From positions 133,812 through 197,811 of the forward strand of contig CALRAD010000001.1 of NCBI GenBank assembly GCA_943350395.1: a DNA stretch of 64,000 nucleotides, read 5' to 3'. Positions 54,671 through 63,800 of this stretch are shown piece by piece; position 1 is the first letter of the stretch; the number at the start of each line of letters is the position of its first letter. Source of the stretch: Candidatus Peribacteria bacterium. Its GTDB lineage: Bacteria > Patescibacteriota > Gracilibacteria > Peribacterales > Peribacteraceae. The notes beneath the pieces are model-generated. The model was not told the origin of the DNA. It worked only from the letters and a program-made list of their open reading frames with translations, and searched no databases. The position numbers and the translations under genes were made by a program.

Positions 54671-54788
54671 GAAGAAAAGAAGATGTACTGAAGAACTACA
54701 GTAAACTGAAGAAAGGATAATGTCAATTTTCTATGACATAGGAGTTTCATGCGTTCTCAGTGCGGATATTTTGCTCTACACTCGGAGC

Positions 54789-57700
54789 ATGTTCGATCCC
54801 GTCGACCCAAAGCAGAGATTCCCAGACCTTGAGCTTGGCATTCTCAAATACTGGAGCGAAGAAGATACGTTCAAGCGTTCGATCGGCAGGCGCGCGGGCG
54901 GGGAGGAATTCAGCTTCTACGACGGACCACCGTTTGCAACAGGGCTCCCCCACTATGGACACATCCTTGCGGGGACGATCAAAGACGTTATTCCTCGATA
55001 CCAGACAATGCGCGGCAAGCACGTGCGTCGTCGCTTCGGCTGGGACTGTCACGGACTTCCGGTCGAGAATGAAATCGAGAAAGAACATCATCTGAAGAGC
55101 AAAAAAGACATCGAAGCGCTCGGCGTTTCGAAGTTTAATGATCTCTGCCGAGGAGCCGTACAGCGATACACGAAAGAATGGAAGAACACCGTCGAGCGTA
55201 TGGGTCGCTGGGTCGATATGGATCACGACTACAGAACGATGGACCCGGATTACATGGAGAGCATCTGGTGGGTCTTTAAGCAGCTTCATTCACAGGAACT
55301 GATCTACGAAGGACACAAGCCGATGCACGTGTGCCCGCGGTGCCAGACGCCTTTGTCGAATTTCGAGGTCACACAGGGATACAAAGACATTCAGGACTAT
55401 TCGGTCACGGCGATGTTTGAGCTGGATGCCCCCACCCCAACCCCTCCCCCGAGGGGGGAGGGGCAACGTAAAAATGGCTCGGAAAAAATTTTCGTGCTCG
55501 CATGGACAACAACCGGATGGACACTCCCCGGGAATCTCTTTCTCGCCGTGCATCCCGAGACGACCTATGTCACGGTGAAGTGTGAAGGCAAGAAATTCAT
55601 CGTTGCAAAAGATCTGACAGAGAAAGTGTTTGCAAAAAAAGAATACAAGATAGAGAAAGAGCAAATGGGGAAAGACCTCGTCGGCCTTACGTACAAGCCA
55701 CTATTCCCGTACTACGCAGAGCAGTTTCAGGGCAAAGCCTTTAGGATTGTTGCAGGCGATTTCGTGACGACGACCGACGGTACCGGCATCGTGCATATCG
55801 CAACGGGCTACGGTGACGACGACTTTCAGGTCGGACAGCGCGAGAAGACCGGTGTGCTGCAACATGTCGACATCGACGGAACGTTCAAGAAAGAGGTGAC
55901 AGATTTCGCGGGAAAAGATGCAAAGCCGAAAGATGATCATCAGAGTGGGGATAAGATGATTGCAAAGTGGCTGCAAAAACATGGCAAACTTTTCGCCTCT
56001 GAAAGCTTCAGTCACAGCTACCCGCACTGCTGGCGTTGCGACTCGCCTCTCCTCAACTACGCAACGAGCTCGTGGTTCGTGGCCGTCGAGAAGATCAAAG
56101 AGAGGATGCTCGAAGCGAACGCGAAGACCGAGTGGGTGCCAAGCCACATTCGAGACGGTCGCTTCGGAAAATGGCTCGAGGGTGCGCGTGACTGGGCGAT
56201 CTCCCGCAGTCGTTACTGGGGCACGCCACTCCCAATCTGGCGAAACAGCATCACGGGGCAGATCGAAGTCATCGGTTCCAGAGACGAGCTTGCGGCAAAA
56301 GCACCAAATCGGTTCACGAAGATCATTGTCGCAAGACACGCGGAGAGCGAAGGCAACGTCGCGAAGTTCTACCAAGGAAAACTCCCAGGAACGGCGCTCA
56401 CCGAGACTGGACAGAAGCAAGCCAAAACGCTCGCAAAATCAGTCGAGAGCAAGAAAAACGAAAGTCTACCGCTTAAAACCATCTACTGCTCCCCTCTCCA
56501 GAGAACGCAGCAAACGGCTCGTGCGATCGCGGAAGAAACGGGAGCGAACATCGTGATCGATGAACGTCTCCGCGAAGTCGACTTCGGCGAGTACGAGGGC
56601 AAGCACATCGATTTCGACGATCTCACCTTTATCAAGGAACGTCGAGCGCACAAGATGAAGAAAGGTCAGATCGAGAGCGTTTTTCATTTTCAGGGCATGG
56701 AAACATGGGAACATACGCAACTTCGAATGTCTGCATTTCTGGATGACGTGCTGAAGAAACACCGTGGCGAGACGATCACCGTCGTCACGCACGCCGACCT
56801 CGTGATGAATGCGATTCATCACTTCACGGGGATCGATCCGCATAAGATCGTCCATCAGCCGTATCCCGACGTCGCCTCGCACAGAGTCTTCTACTGGGAT
56901 CATGAGAGAGGTGCGCAGATGGATCTGCACAAGGAGACAGTGGATGAGATTACGTGGGGAAATTCCAAAACTGAAATTCCAAATTCCAAAAATGCTGTCG
57001 AGCTCACGCTCGTGCGGCATGGAGAGACCGATTTGAACAAACAGAAGATCGTGCAGGGATCGGAGATCAATGCGCAGCTGAATAAAGTCGGAAGAGCGCA
57101 GGCGAAGAAAGCTGGTGAATCGCTCAAAGGAAAAATGTTTGACGTGATCATCTCTTCGCACCTCGACCGTGCATCGGAAACGGCACGCATCATTGCCAAA
57201 GAAATCGGTCTCGAATACGCAGGGGGATTCGAAATCTTCCGCGAACGGGATCTCGGTGACTGGACAGGCAGACCCATCGAAGAGATTCTTGCACAGGAAA
57301 AAGCTCCAAAAAAACAAGTAGGTGCCGTCATGCTGAAAGGAACACCGAAAGGCGGTGAATCATTCAATCAATTCACCACGCGCGTGCAAAAAGCGCACGA
57401 TTGGCTCCTGAAAGAATATGCGGGAAAGAAAGTGCTTCTCGTCGCACACGGCGGATTCAATCGAGCATCCTTGATGATTGCGCAGGATATTCCGTATGAA
57501 ACCATCGCAACAATCCATCCAAAGAACGGTCAAATTGAAGAAATACAACTTTCACCCCAGATGCGAAGGATCGACGAAGTCCTCGACTGCTGGTTCGAGT
57601 CGGGCTCGATGCCCTATGCGCAAGAACATTTCCCGTTTGATGTCCAAAACGGTAAGCCCGATTCCCCGCGCGGCTTTCCCGCTGATTTCATCGCCGAAGG

Positions 57701-59156
57701 CTTGGACCAGACCCGCGGATGGTTCTACACACTCACAGTCCTCTCGTCCGCACTCTTCCAGTGTCCTGCATTCCGTCACTGCATCGTGAATGGCATCGTA
57801 CTTGCGGAAGACGGCAAGAAAATGAGCAAGCGTCTCAAGAACTACCCAGAACCGACCGTTGTCGCAGAGCGTCATGGAGCAGACGCCGTGCGCTTCGCAC
57901 TGATGAGTTCGCCTGCAGTCCGCGGCGAAGACCTCCGGTTCTCCGAGAAGCTGATCGAAGAAACCGTACGAGCGGTCCTGCTCCCTCTCTGGAATGCATA
58001 CCGCCTCTTCGTGACGTATGCGAATGCCGCAGACTGGAAACCATCACTCGATTTTTCTTTGAAGAACGGACAGTCCAAACATCTCCTGGATCGATGGATC
58101 GTTCTCAAAACTCAGGCACTTGTGAACAATATGACAACCGAACTCGACAGTTACGACTTGTCGGCAACGTGCGCGCACCTCACAGACTCGATCGATGATC
58201 TCACCAACTGGTACGTGCGCTTAAGTCGAAGACGTCTTTCGGGGAAAGAGGAAGAGCAGAAAGACCTGCCAGCCGAAGCCTCCTCAGAGGCGCAGGCTGG
58301 AGCGCTCGACACGCTCTACCGTGTGCTCCTCGCCAACGCACAACTCCTCGCTCCGTTCTGTCCATTCGTCTCCGAAGCGATCTATCTGAATCTCGTGAGC
58401 GAAGATCACGGGTCGATCCACTTCACCGATTGGCCGCAGTCCGTGAAAATCAGCGATGACGATCAACATATCCTCACGCAGATGGATAACACCCGAAGCA
58501 TTGTCACTCTCGGCCTCAAACTCCGAAGCGACGCGAAGATCCAAGTACGTACGCCACTCTCGTCGGTGACCGTTGCGCTCCCGACGAAAGACAGCGAACA
58601 GATCGTGAAAGATCTCATCAAAGAAGAGCTCAATGTAAAGCAGGTCCTTTCAGTGATCGACGCGAGTTCGATTGCCTCTCGCTTCCTGCAGATCGATGCA
58701 CGCAAAGCCGGTCCGCGTTTCGGCTCGAAAGTGCAGGAGCTGATCCGCGCAGGGAAAGAAGGAAAATTTGAGGAGAAAGACGGCGTCTTCTCCGTCATGG
58801 GAGAAGCACTACTCCCCGGAGAAGCGACGATCGTCTACAAATCCAAAGAAGGAAAGAATGTCGCGGCCGACCGCGGCATTGTCGTCAGTCTCGATACGAT
58901 ACTCACGGAAGCGTTCACGCTCGAAGGTCAAGCCAGAGAGCTCGTGCATGCGATACAAATCCTCCGGAAAGATGCAGGACTCGAATTCACCGACACGATC
59001 AAACTGACGGTGACCGGAGCTGACAACATCATGACCGTTCATCAGGATCTGATCCTGCAGGAAACGAAAGCGACGCTTGCTCCGAACAAAGGCAAAAAAG
59101 AAACAGTCGAGATCGATGGAATAAAAGTGCAAATAACATTCGAACGAAGTAATTGA
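54789..59156 (+). CDS. ileS: isoleucine--tRNA ligase (type 2) with two inserted histidine-phosphatase domains
   Basis: PPFATGLPHYGHIL (HIGH), WAISRSRYWGTPLPIW, EVLDCWFESGSMPYA, GKKMSKRLKNYP (KMSKS). The inserts carry ARHAESEGN and VRHGETDLN motifs. The start was set at MFDPVDPKQRFP. Confidence 0.93.
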   Translation: MFDPVDPKQRFPDLELGILKYWSEEDTFKRSIGRRAGGEEFSFYDGPPFATGLPHYGHILAGTIKDVIPRYQTMRGKHVRRRFGWDCHGLPVENEIEKEHHLKSKKDIEALGVSKFNDLCRGAVQRYTKEWKNTVERMGRWVDMDHDYRTMDPDYMESIWWVFKQLHSQELIYEGHKPMHVCPRCQTPLSNFEVTQGYKDIQDYSVTAMFELDAPTPTPPPRGEGQRKNGSEKIFVLAWTTTGWTLPGNLFLAVHPETTYVTVKCEGKKFIVAKDLTEKVFAKKEYKIEKEQMGKDLVGLTYKPLFPYYAEQFQGKAFRIVAGDFVTTTDGTGIVHIATGYGDDDFQVGQREKTGVLQHVDIDGTFKKEVTDFAGKDAKPKDDHQSGDKMIAKWLQKHGKLFASESFSHSYPHCWRCDSPLLNYATSSWFVAVEKIKERMLEANAKTEWVPSHIRDGRFGKWLEGARDWAISRSRYWGTPLPIWRNSITGQIEVIGSRDELAAKAPNRFTKIIVARHAESEGNVAKFYQGKLPGTALTETGQKQAKTLAKSVESKKNESLPLKTIYCSPLQRTQQTARAIAEETGANIVIDERLREVDFGEYEGKHIDFDDLTFIKERRAHKMKKGQIESVFHFQGMETWEHTQLRMSAFLDDVLKKHRGETITVVTHADLVMNAIHHFTGIDPHKIVHQPYPDVASHRVFYWDHERGAQMDLHKETVDEITWGNSKTEIPNSKNAVELTLVRHGETDLNKQKIVQGSEINAQLNKVGRAQAKKAGESLKGKMFDVIISSHLDRASETARIIAKEIGLEYAGGFEIFRERDLGDWTGRPIEEILAQEKAPKKQVGAVMLKGTPKGGESFNQFTTRVQKAHDWLLKEYAGKKVLLVAHGGFNRASLMIAQDIPYETIATIHPKNGQIEEIQLSPQMRRIDEVLDCWFESGSMPYAQEHFPFDVQNGKPDSPRGFPADFIAEGLDQTRGWFYTLTVLSSALFQCPAFRHCIVNGIVLAEDGKKMSKRLKNYPEPTVVAERHGADAVRFALMSSPAVRGEDLRFSEKLIEETVRAVLLPLWNAYRLFVTYANAADWKPSLDFSLKNGQSKHLLDRWIVLKTQALVNNMTTELDSYDLSATCAHLTDSIDDLTNWYVRLSRRRLSGKEEEQKDLPAEASSEAQAGALDTLYRVLLANAQLLAPFCPFVSEAIYLNLVSEDHGSIHFTDWPQSVKISDDDQHILTQMDNTRSIVTLGLKLRSDAKIQVRTPLSSVTVALPTKDSEQIVKDLIKEELNVKQVLSVIDASSIASRFLQIDARKAGPRFGSKVQELIRAGKEGKFEEKDGVFSVMGEALLPGEATIVYKSKEGKNVAADRGIVVSLDTILTEAFTLEGQARELVHAIQILRKDAGLEFTDTIKLTVTGADNIMTVHQDLILQETKATLAPNKGKKETVEIDGIKVQITFERSN

Positions 59157-59182
59157 GAATGTAGAATGTAGAATGTAGAATG
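59157..59182. repeat. left inverted repeat of the four-helix-bundle cassette, (GAATGTA)x3.7
   Basis: GAATGTAGAATGTAGAATGTAGAATG begins immediately after the ileS stop. Confidence 0.85.
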
Positions 59183-59187
59183 ATGCA

Positions 59188-59562
59188 ATGCAAAAATCCC
59201 CTGACAAGAATCCTGTGCTTGTAAAGAGCTATGCTTTTGCATTACGAACAATCAAGGTCTATCAATTCTTAGCAAAAAAGAAACAGGAATTTGTATTAAG
59301 CAAACAATTCTTACGTTCAGGCACAAGTATCGGAGCAAATATAAAAGAAGGCATTTATGCGCAAAGCAGAAAGGAATTTATTGCAAAGTTAAATATCTCA
59401 CTCAAAGAAGCGCATGAATCCGAATACTGGATTTTTCTGATGCGCGACAGCGGATATTTGACTGTGATCCAGGCACAATCACTTCTTAAGGACGTCGATG
59501 AATTGATCAGATTGCTGACTTCGATCATTAAAACAAGCCGAAAGAACAATTCTACATTCTAA
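59188..59562 (+). CDS. four-helix-bundle protein (23S rRNA intervening-sequence protein family, TIGR02436-like)
   Basis: SYAFALRTIKVYQFL....E.VLSKQFLRSGTSIGANIKEG..AQSRKEFIAKLNISLKEAHESEYWI.L is the family signature. Confidence 0.85.
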   Translation: MQKSPDKNPVLVKSYAFALRTIKVYQFLAKKKQEFVLSKQFLRSGTSIGANIKEGIYAQSRKEFIAKLNISLKEAHESEYWIFLMRDSGYLTVIQAQSLLKDVDELIRLLTSIIKTSRKNNSTF

Positions 59563-59579
59563 ATTCTACATTCTAAATT
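59549..59579. repeat. right inverted repeat of the four-helix-bundle cassette
   Basis: ATTCTACATTCTAAATTCTACATTCTAAATT is the reverse complement of TAGAATG/TAGAATT heptamers and overlaps the last codons of the ORF. Confidence 0.85.
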
Positions 59580-59590
59580 TATCCCTCCCT

Positions 59591-59953
59591 CTCCGGCTCA
59601 TCCTCAACGCAGTCCTGAACTCGGTTCTTGCGTACATTCTGGATGCCTTCTTCCCGAGCTACATCACGATCTTCGGCGGAGTCGCCGCGTACATCATCAT
59701 CGGAAGTCTCCTGACACTTTTAAATTTCTTCCTGAGACCGCTGCTCAATCTCGTCACGTTCCCGCTGCACCTTCTCTTCACGCTCTTCACGACGATCTTC
59801 GTGAACATGATCTTCCTTTGGATCGTCTATTGGATTGCTCTCAAGATGGACCCGAATATCATTGCCGTGACGCTAACCGGAGGCATATCAGGTTGGATGA
59901 CGATCGGACTGACGATCGGGATCGTGAATTGGGTGATGAAGCATATCCTCTAG
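59591..59953 (+). pseudogene. DUF360 / phage-holin-4_2 (YvlD-like) membrane protein gene lacking a canonical start codon
   Basis: The frame is open from 59519 and encodes ..LILNAVLNSVLAYILDAFFP...LLNFFLRPLLNLVTFPLHLLFTLFTT..., the family pattern. The first in-frame ATG/GTG/TTG is at 59801, which leaves only 50 aa. Confidence 0.6.
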
Positions 59954-59997
59954 TTCATCGTTTCATGCTATACTGAGCTTTCGCTCCGTCACATCAT

Positions 59998-60393
59998 GGG
60001 GATGACAGGCTTCGACAGCGTGATTCTATGTTGTTTGAGTTTCGATCCGGGACGGCAACGGTTCCCGATATCCACTTGTTGCAAAACCTAATTGCAAACA
60101 GCAATTTCATGGCTAGCGTGAAGAGGATTGCGAACTCTGTTCGTATCCCCTCTCTCGTCGCTGCCTAAGTCCGATTCAGTTCGGACACGCCACCCTTTTG
60201 ATCCTCGCTGGATTGGAGTGGCGTCACTAGCGAGGTTGGATTCCGACTGACGTGACGGACTCCGTACTAAAGCGTCATCTCTCTTCGCCCATCTCTGTTT
60301 CTCTCTCAGGGCTGAAGAAAACGAGAGAAGCATGATCGTACAAACCGGCGGCATACACGTTGGACCCGGGTTCAACTCCCGGCATCTCCACCA
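59998..60393 (+). ncRNA. ssrA: tmRNA (ssrA)
   Basis: The 5' GGGGATGACAGGCTTCGACAGCG pairs with the 3' ..CATCTCCACCA and includes a G3:U pair. T arm CCGGG-TTCAACT-CCCGG. Tag ORF GCA AAC..GCT GCC TAA (60094-60168). A TATACT box lies at 59969-59974. Confidence 0.9.
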
Positions 60394-60610
60394 CTCGACT
60401 CGGCGTGCGCGCCTCGCTCGTGGTAAACCATCCTCCTCGCTCATTATTTCTTATAGCGCCGAGGAGAGTGACCCTGAGTGAGATTTTGCGTATGCAAAAT
60501 CGAATCGAAGGGCCATTCCCACCGGAGTGGGTGATTTGGTGAATTTTCTGTTGCAAGATGCTGCCTCCCGCCTGCCGGCCGTAGCCACCGCATAAGCGGG
60601 GCGTAGGTTG

Positions 60611-60624
60611 GGCATCTCCACCAC
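60611..60624 (+). repeat. 14-nt direct repeat of the tmRNA 3' end (att-like)
   Basis: GGCATCTCCACCAC is identical to 60381-60394. Confidence 0.7.
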
Positions 60625-60801
60625 ACTTTTTATTAACGTTATTTAATGAATATACCGTTAAAAGGCATTAAATTTTGTAATTATTAACGTGATATCGATC
60701 AAAAATCATTAAAAATCATGTCCTCAGTAACGCGGTGCGAGACAGACAATACCCGCATTCCGCAAGGCGGGGATGTGGAAAATCGGTGTCGAGCATGCTC
60801 T

Positions 60802-63800
60802 TTAGGCACGATCGCTCCAATCCTCGGCCAATAGTTCTGATTGTTTGAGGACACGATCTACTGCCATCTTCTCTAAATCCGGTGGATATCCATATTTTTT
60901 CAAAAGACGCTTCACAATGACACGCAGTTTGGCACGAGCATTTTCACGAACAGTCCAATCGACGGAGATATTTTTCTTCACTTGATCAACAATGGCATGC
61001 GCAAGTTCTCCAAGTATTTTATTGCCCAAGACCTCCTGTGCACTGTCATTGACCATGAGAGCATCGTAGAAAGCCTTTTCTTCGATCGTAATACCAAGAG
61101 CGACCGCCTCTGCATCCTCTGCACGAATTTCTCGTGCTATGTTCATCAATTCTTCAATGACTTCTGTAGAGGTCAGGAGATTGTTCTGATACTTTTGAAT
61201 CGCCATCTGCAGCCTCTCCGAGAGCTTCCTACTCTGTACTGCATTGCTTTTCGATCGAGTTTTAATTTCATCTCCTAAAAGCTTCTTGAGTAATTCCAAA
61301 GCCAAATGACGATGCTTCATCGTACGTACTTCTTCCAAAAATTCTTCAGAGAGAATGGAGATATCCGGCTTTTTGATTCCTGCAGCGTCAAAAATATCTA
61401 CAACACCATCGGCAACGATCGCTTCATCGATGATTTGACGGATAGCAGTTTCTAGATCAACCCCCGTCGTGGTACGTGCAGAGCTTGTAAACTTTCGGAG
61501 TCGCGTCCGCACAACCTCGAAGAATCCTGTTTCTGCGGCAACCTCACGAGCAAAAGATTCTGCTGCACAAAGAGCATGTGTCATCGAGAGGGCATCGACT
61601 GCTTTCGCATATCGGTCATTTCCATTGGTCAGCGATAAAACGTGCTCTTGCGCTTCCAAAATGATGTGAAGCTTTTGCTGTGTTGTTGCAGAAAAGTAAC
61701 GATGATAATCGAATCCGTGAAACATCTGCCGTACGATTTCGATGTTCTTTTTTAGCGTTTGGACAGCAACACTGATATCAAACGTTGGCTCTCCTTCCCC
61801 TCCACTTTCCGTATACACCCGCAATGCACGCTTCAAGTCGGTTGCAATACCAATGTAGTCCACAACTAATCCTCCTGTTTTGTCTTTGTAAACACGGTTC
61901 ACACGCGCAATGGCTTGCATCAGGTTATGCCCCTTCATCGGCTTGTCGATATACAGCGTATGCAAGCACGGAGCATCAAAGCCCGTCAGCCACATATCAA
62001 TCACAATGACTATCTTCAGCGGATCTGCCGGATCTCTCATCCGTTCCGACAATCGCTTGCGACCCTCTTTGGTCGTTTCGTGACGCAACATTTGTTCGGT
62101 ATCACTGGTGGAAGTCGTCATCACTACCTTCATGCCTCCTTTTTCGATATCATCGTCATGCCACTGCGGACGTAATTTTTCGATTTCTTCGTACAGAGCT
62201 GCAGCAATTCTTCTACTCATACAGACAATCATTGCCTTACCCGTCAAACGAGACGTACGCGCTTCAAAATGATCCACGACATCCTTCGCAATCAAACGGA
62301 GCCTGTCCGCTTGACCAACGATTGCTTCCACTTGCGCCCACTTTGCCTTCGCCTCTTCCGCAACGCTCGCATTCGTTTCTACGAGCAACTCGTCCACTTC
62401 TTCATCAATTTTTGCGAGCGCCACAGGATCTACCCGCACTTTTGCCAGTCGGCTTTCGTAGTAAATAGGCACGGTCGCCTTATCCTCCACTGCACGTTGA
62501 ATATCGTACACGTCGATATACCTTCCAAAGACAGCAGGCGTATTGGCGTCATCTTTCTCAATCGGCGTACCCGTAAAACCGATGAACGATGCATTTGGCA
62601 AGGCATCGCGCAAATATTTGGCAAATCCGTATGTCGTTTGCACATCTGTTTCTTCACCCATTTCATCTTTCACGACCTTTGTTTTTGCACCGAATCCATA
62701 CTGCGTACGATGCGCTTCATCTGCAATCACAATGATATTCCTACGATCACTCAAGAGATCATGCACTTCTCCGCGATCTTCCGGGAAGAATTTCTGGATC
62801 GTAGTAAAAACAATGCCACCGCTTTGCACACGTAACAGTTTCTGCAGATGCTCTCGGTTCTCCGCCTGCACGGGCGGCTGACGAAGTACATCGGTTGCAT
62901 TACTGAACGTATCGAATAATTGATCATCCAAGTCATTGCGATCGGTGATGACCACAATCGTTGGATTTTGAAGCGATTGAACGATTTTCCCTGCAAAAAA
63001 CACCATACTGAGGCTTTTTCCGCTCCCCTGCGTATGCCAGACAACCCCTGCCTTGCGGTCTCCGGTTTCTGCAGAAGCCTCCTTTGCTCTTTCTACCGCT
63101 TTATTCACCGCATAGTACTGATGGTACGCCGCAATCTTTTTTACAAGATCGATATGGATCTGTTTTGTCTTCGGATCTTCGGTTTTTGTCCGCTCAAACA
63201 CTGAAAAATGCAGCAGCATATCGAGAAGGACATGTGGTCGTAGCAATCCTTCTGTGAGCGTCACCAACTCTGGATCGGTTTTTTTGGCCAACGTTTTCCC
63301 ATCTTTGCTCTTCCATACAGCAAAACGGTTATAATCTGCCGAGAGCGAACCTGCACTCGCATCGTAACCATCGGAAGCAACAAGGAATGCATTCGTGATG
63401 AATAACGAAGGAATCACGCGTTTATAGGTCTGCAGTTGCTGATATGCCTTTTGCACTGTCGCCTGTTCATCGTCGGGGTTTTTGAGCTCGATGACGACAA
63501 GAGGCAACCCATTCACAAACAGAAGAACGTCCGGTCTTTTATTCACATTCTTCTCGATAATCGTGAACTGATTGGTGACCAGGAGATCATTCTTGCTCGG
63601 GTCTGGATCGATCACTGTGATGCGAAGCCCTTTCTCCTCGCCATTCACTTGTGCCGTGACCTCGATACCCACGGTGAGATACCTCTGCATCGTGCGATTC
63701 TTTTCGATAAGATCCGCTCCTTCGATATTGCGAAGCAGGCGCAGGGCTTGAGCAATTGCCTGCTCGGACACCTTCGCATTCAGCTTCCTAATAGCAACCT

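Noticed and set aside
54671-54788. Considered a T-box leader upstream of ileS, and likewise for pheS and the trp genes
   Set aside because: The leader is only about 120 nt at most, and no specifier or T-box consensus could be seen. That is too short for a T-box riboswitch.
59157-59182. Tandem heptamer arrays considered as a CRISPR array or satellite
   Set aside because: The units are 7 nt with no spacers, and only two arrays exist, in inverted orientation around one gene. No cas genes are present. They are interpreted as cassette terminal repeats instead.
60088-60626. Listed ORFs on both strands (60088-60444, 60275-60556, 60360-60542, 60444-60626)
   Set aside because: They overlap the tmRNA gene and its repeat-rich downstream region. 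None has coding support.
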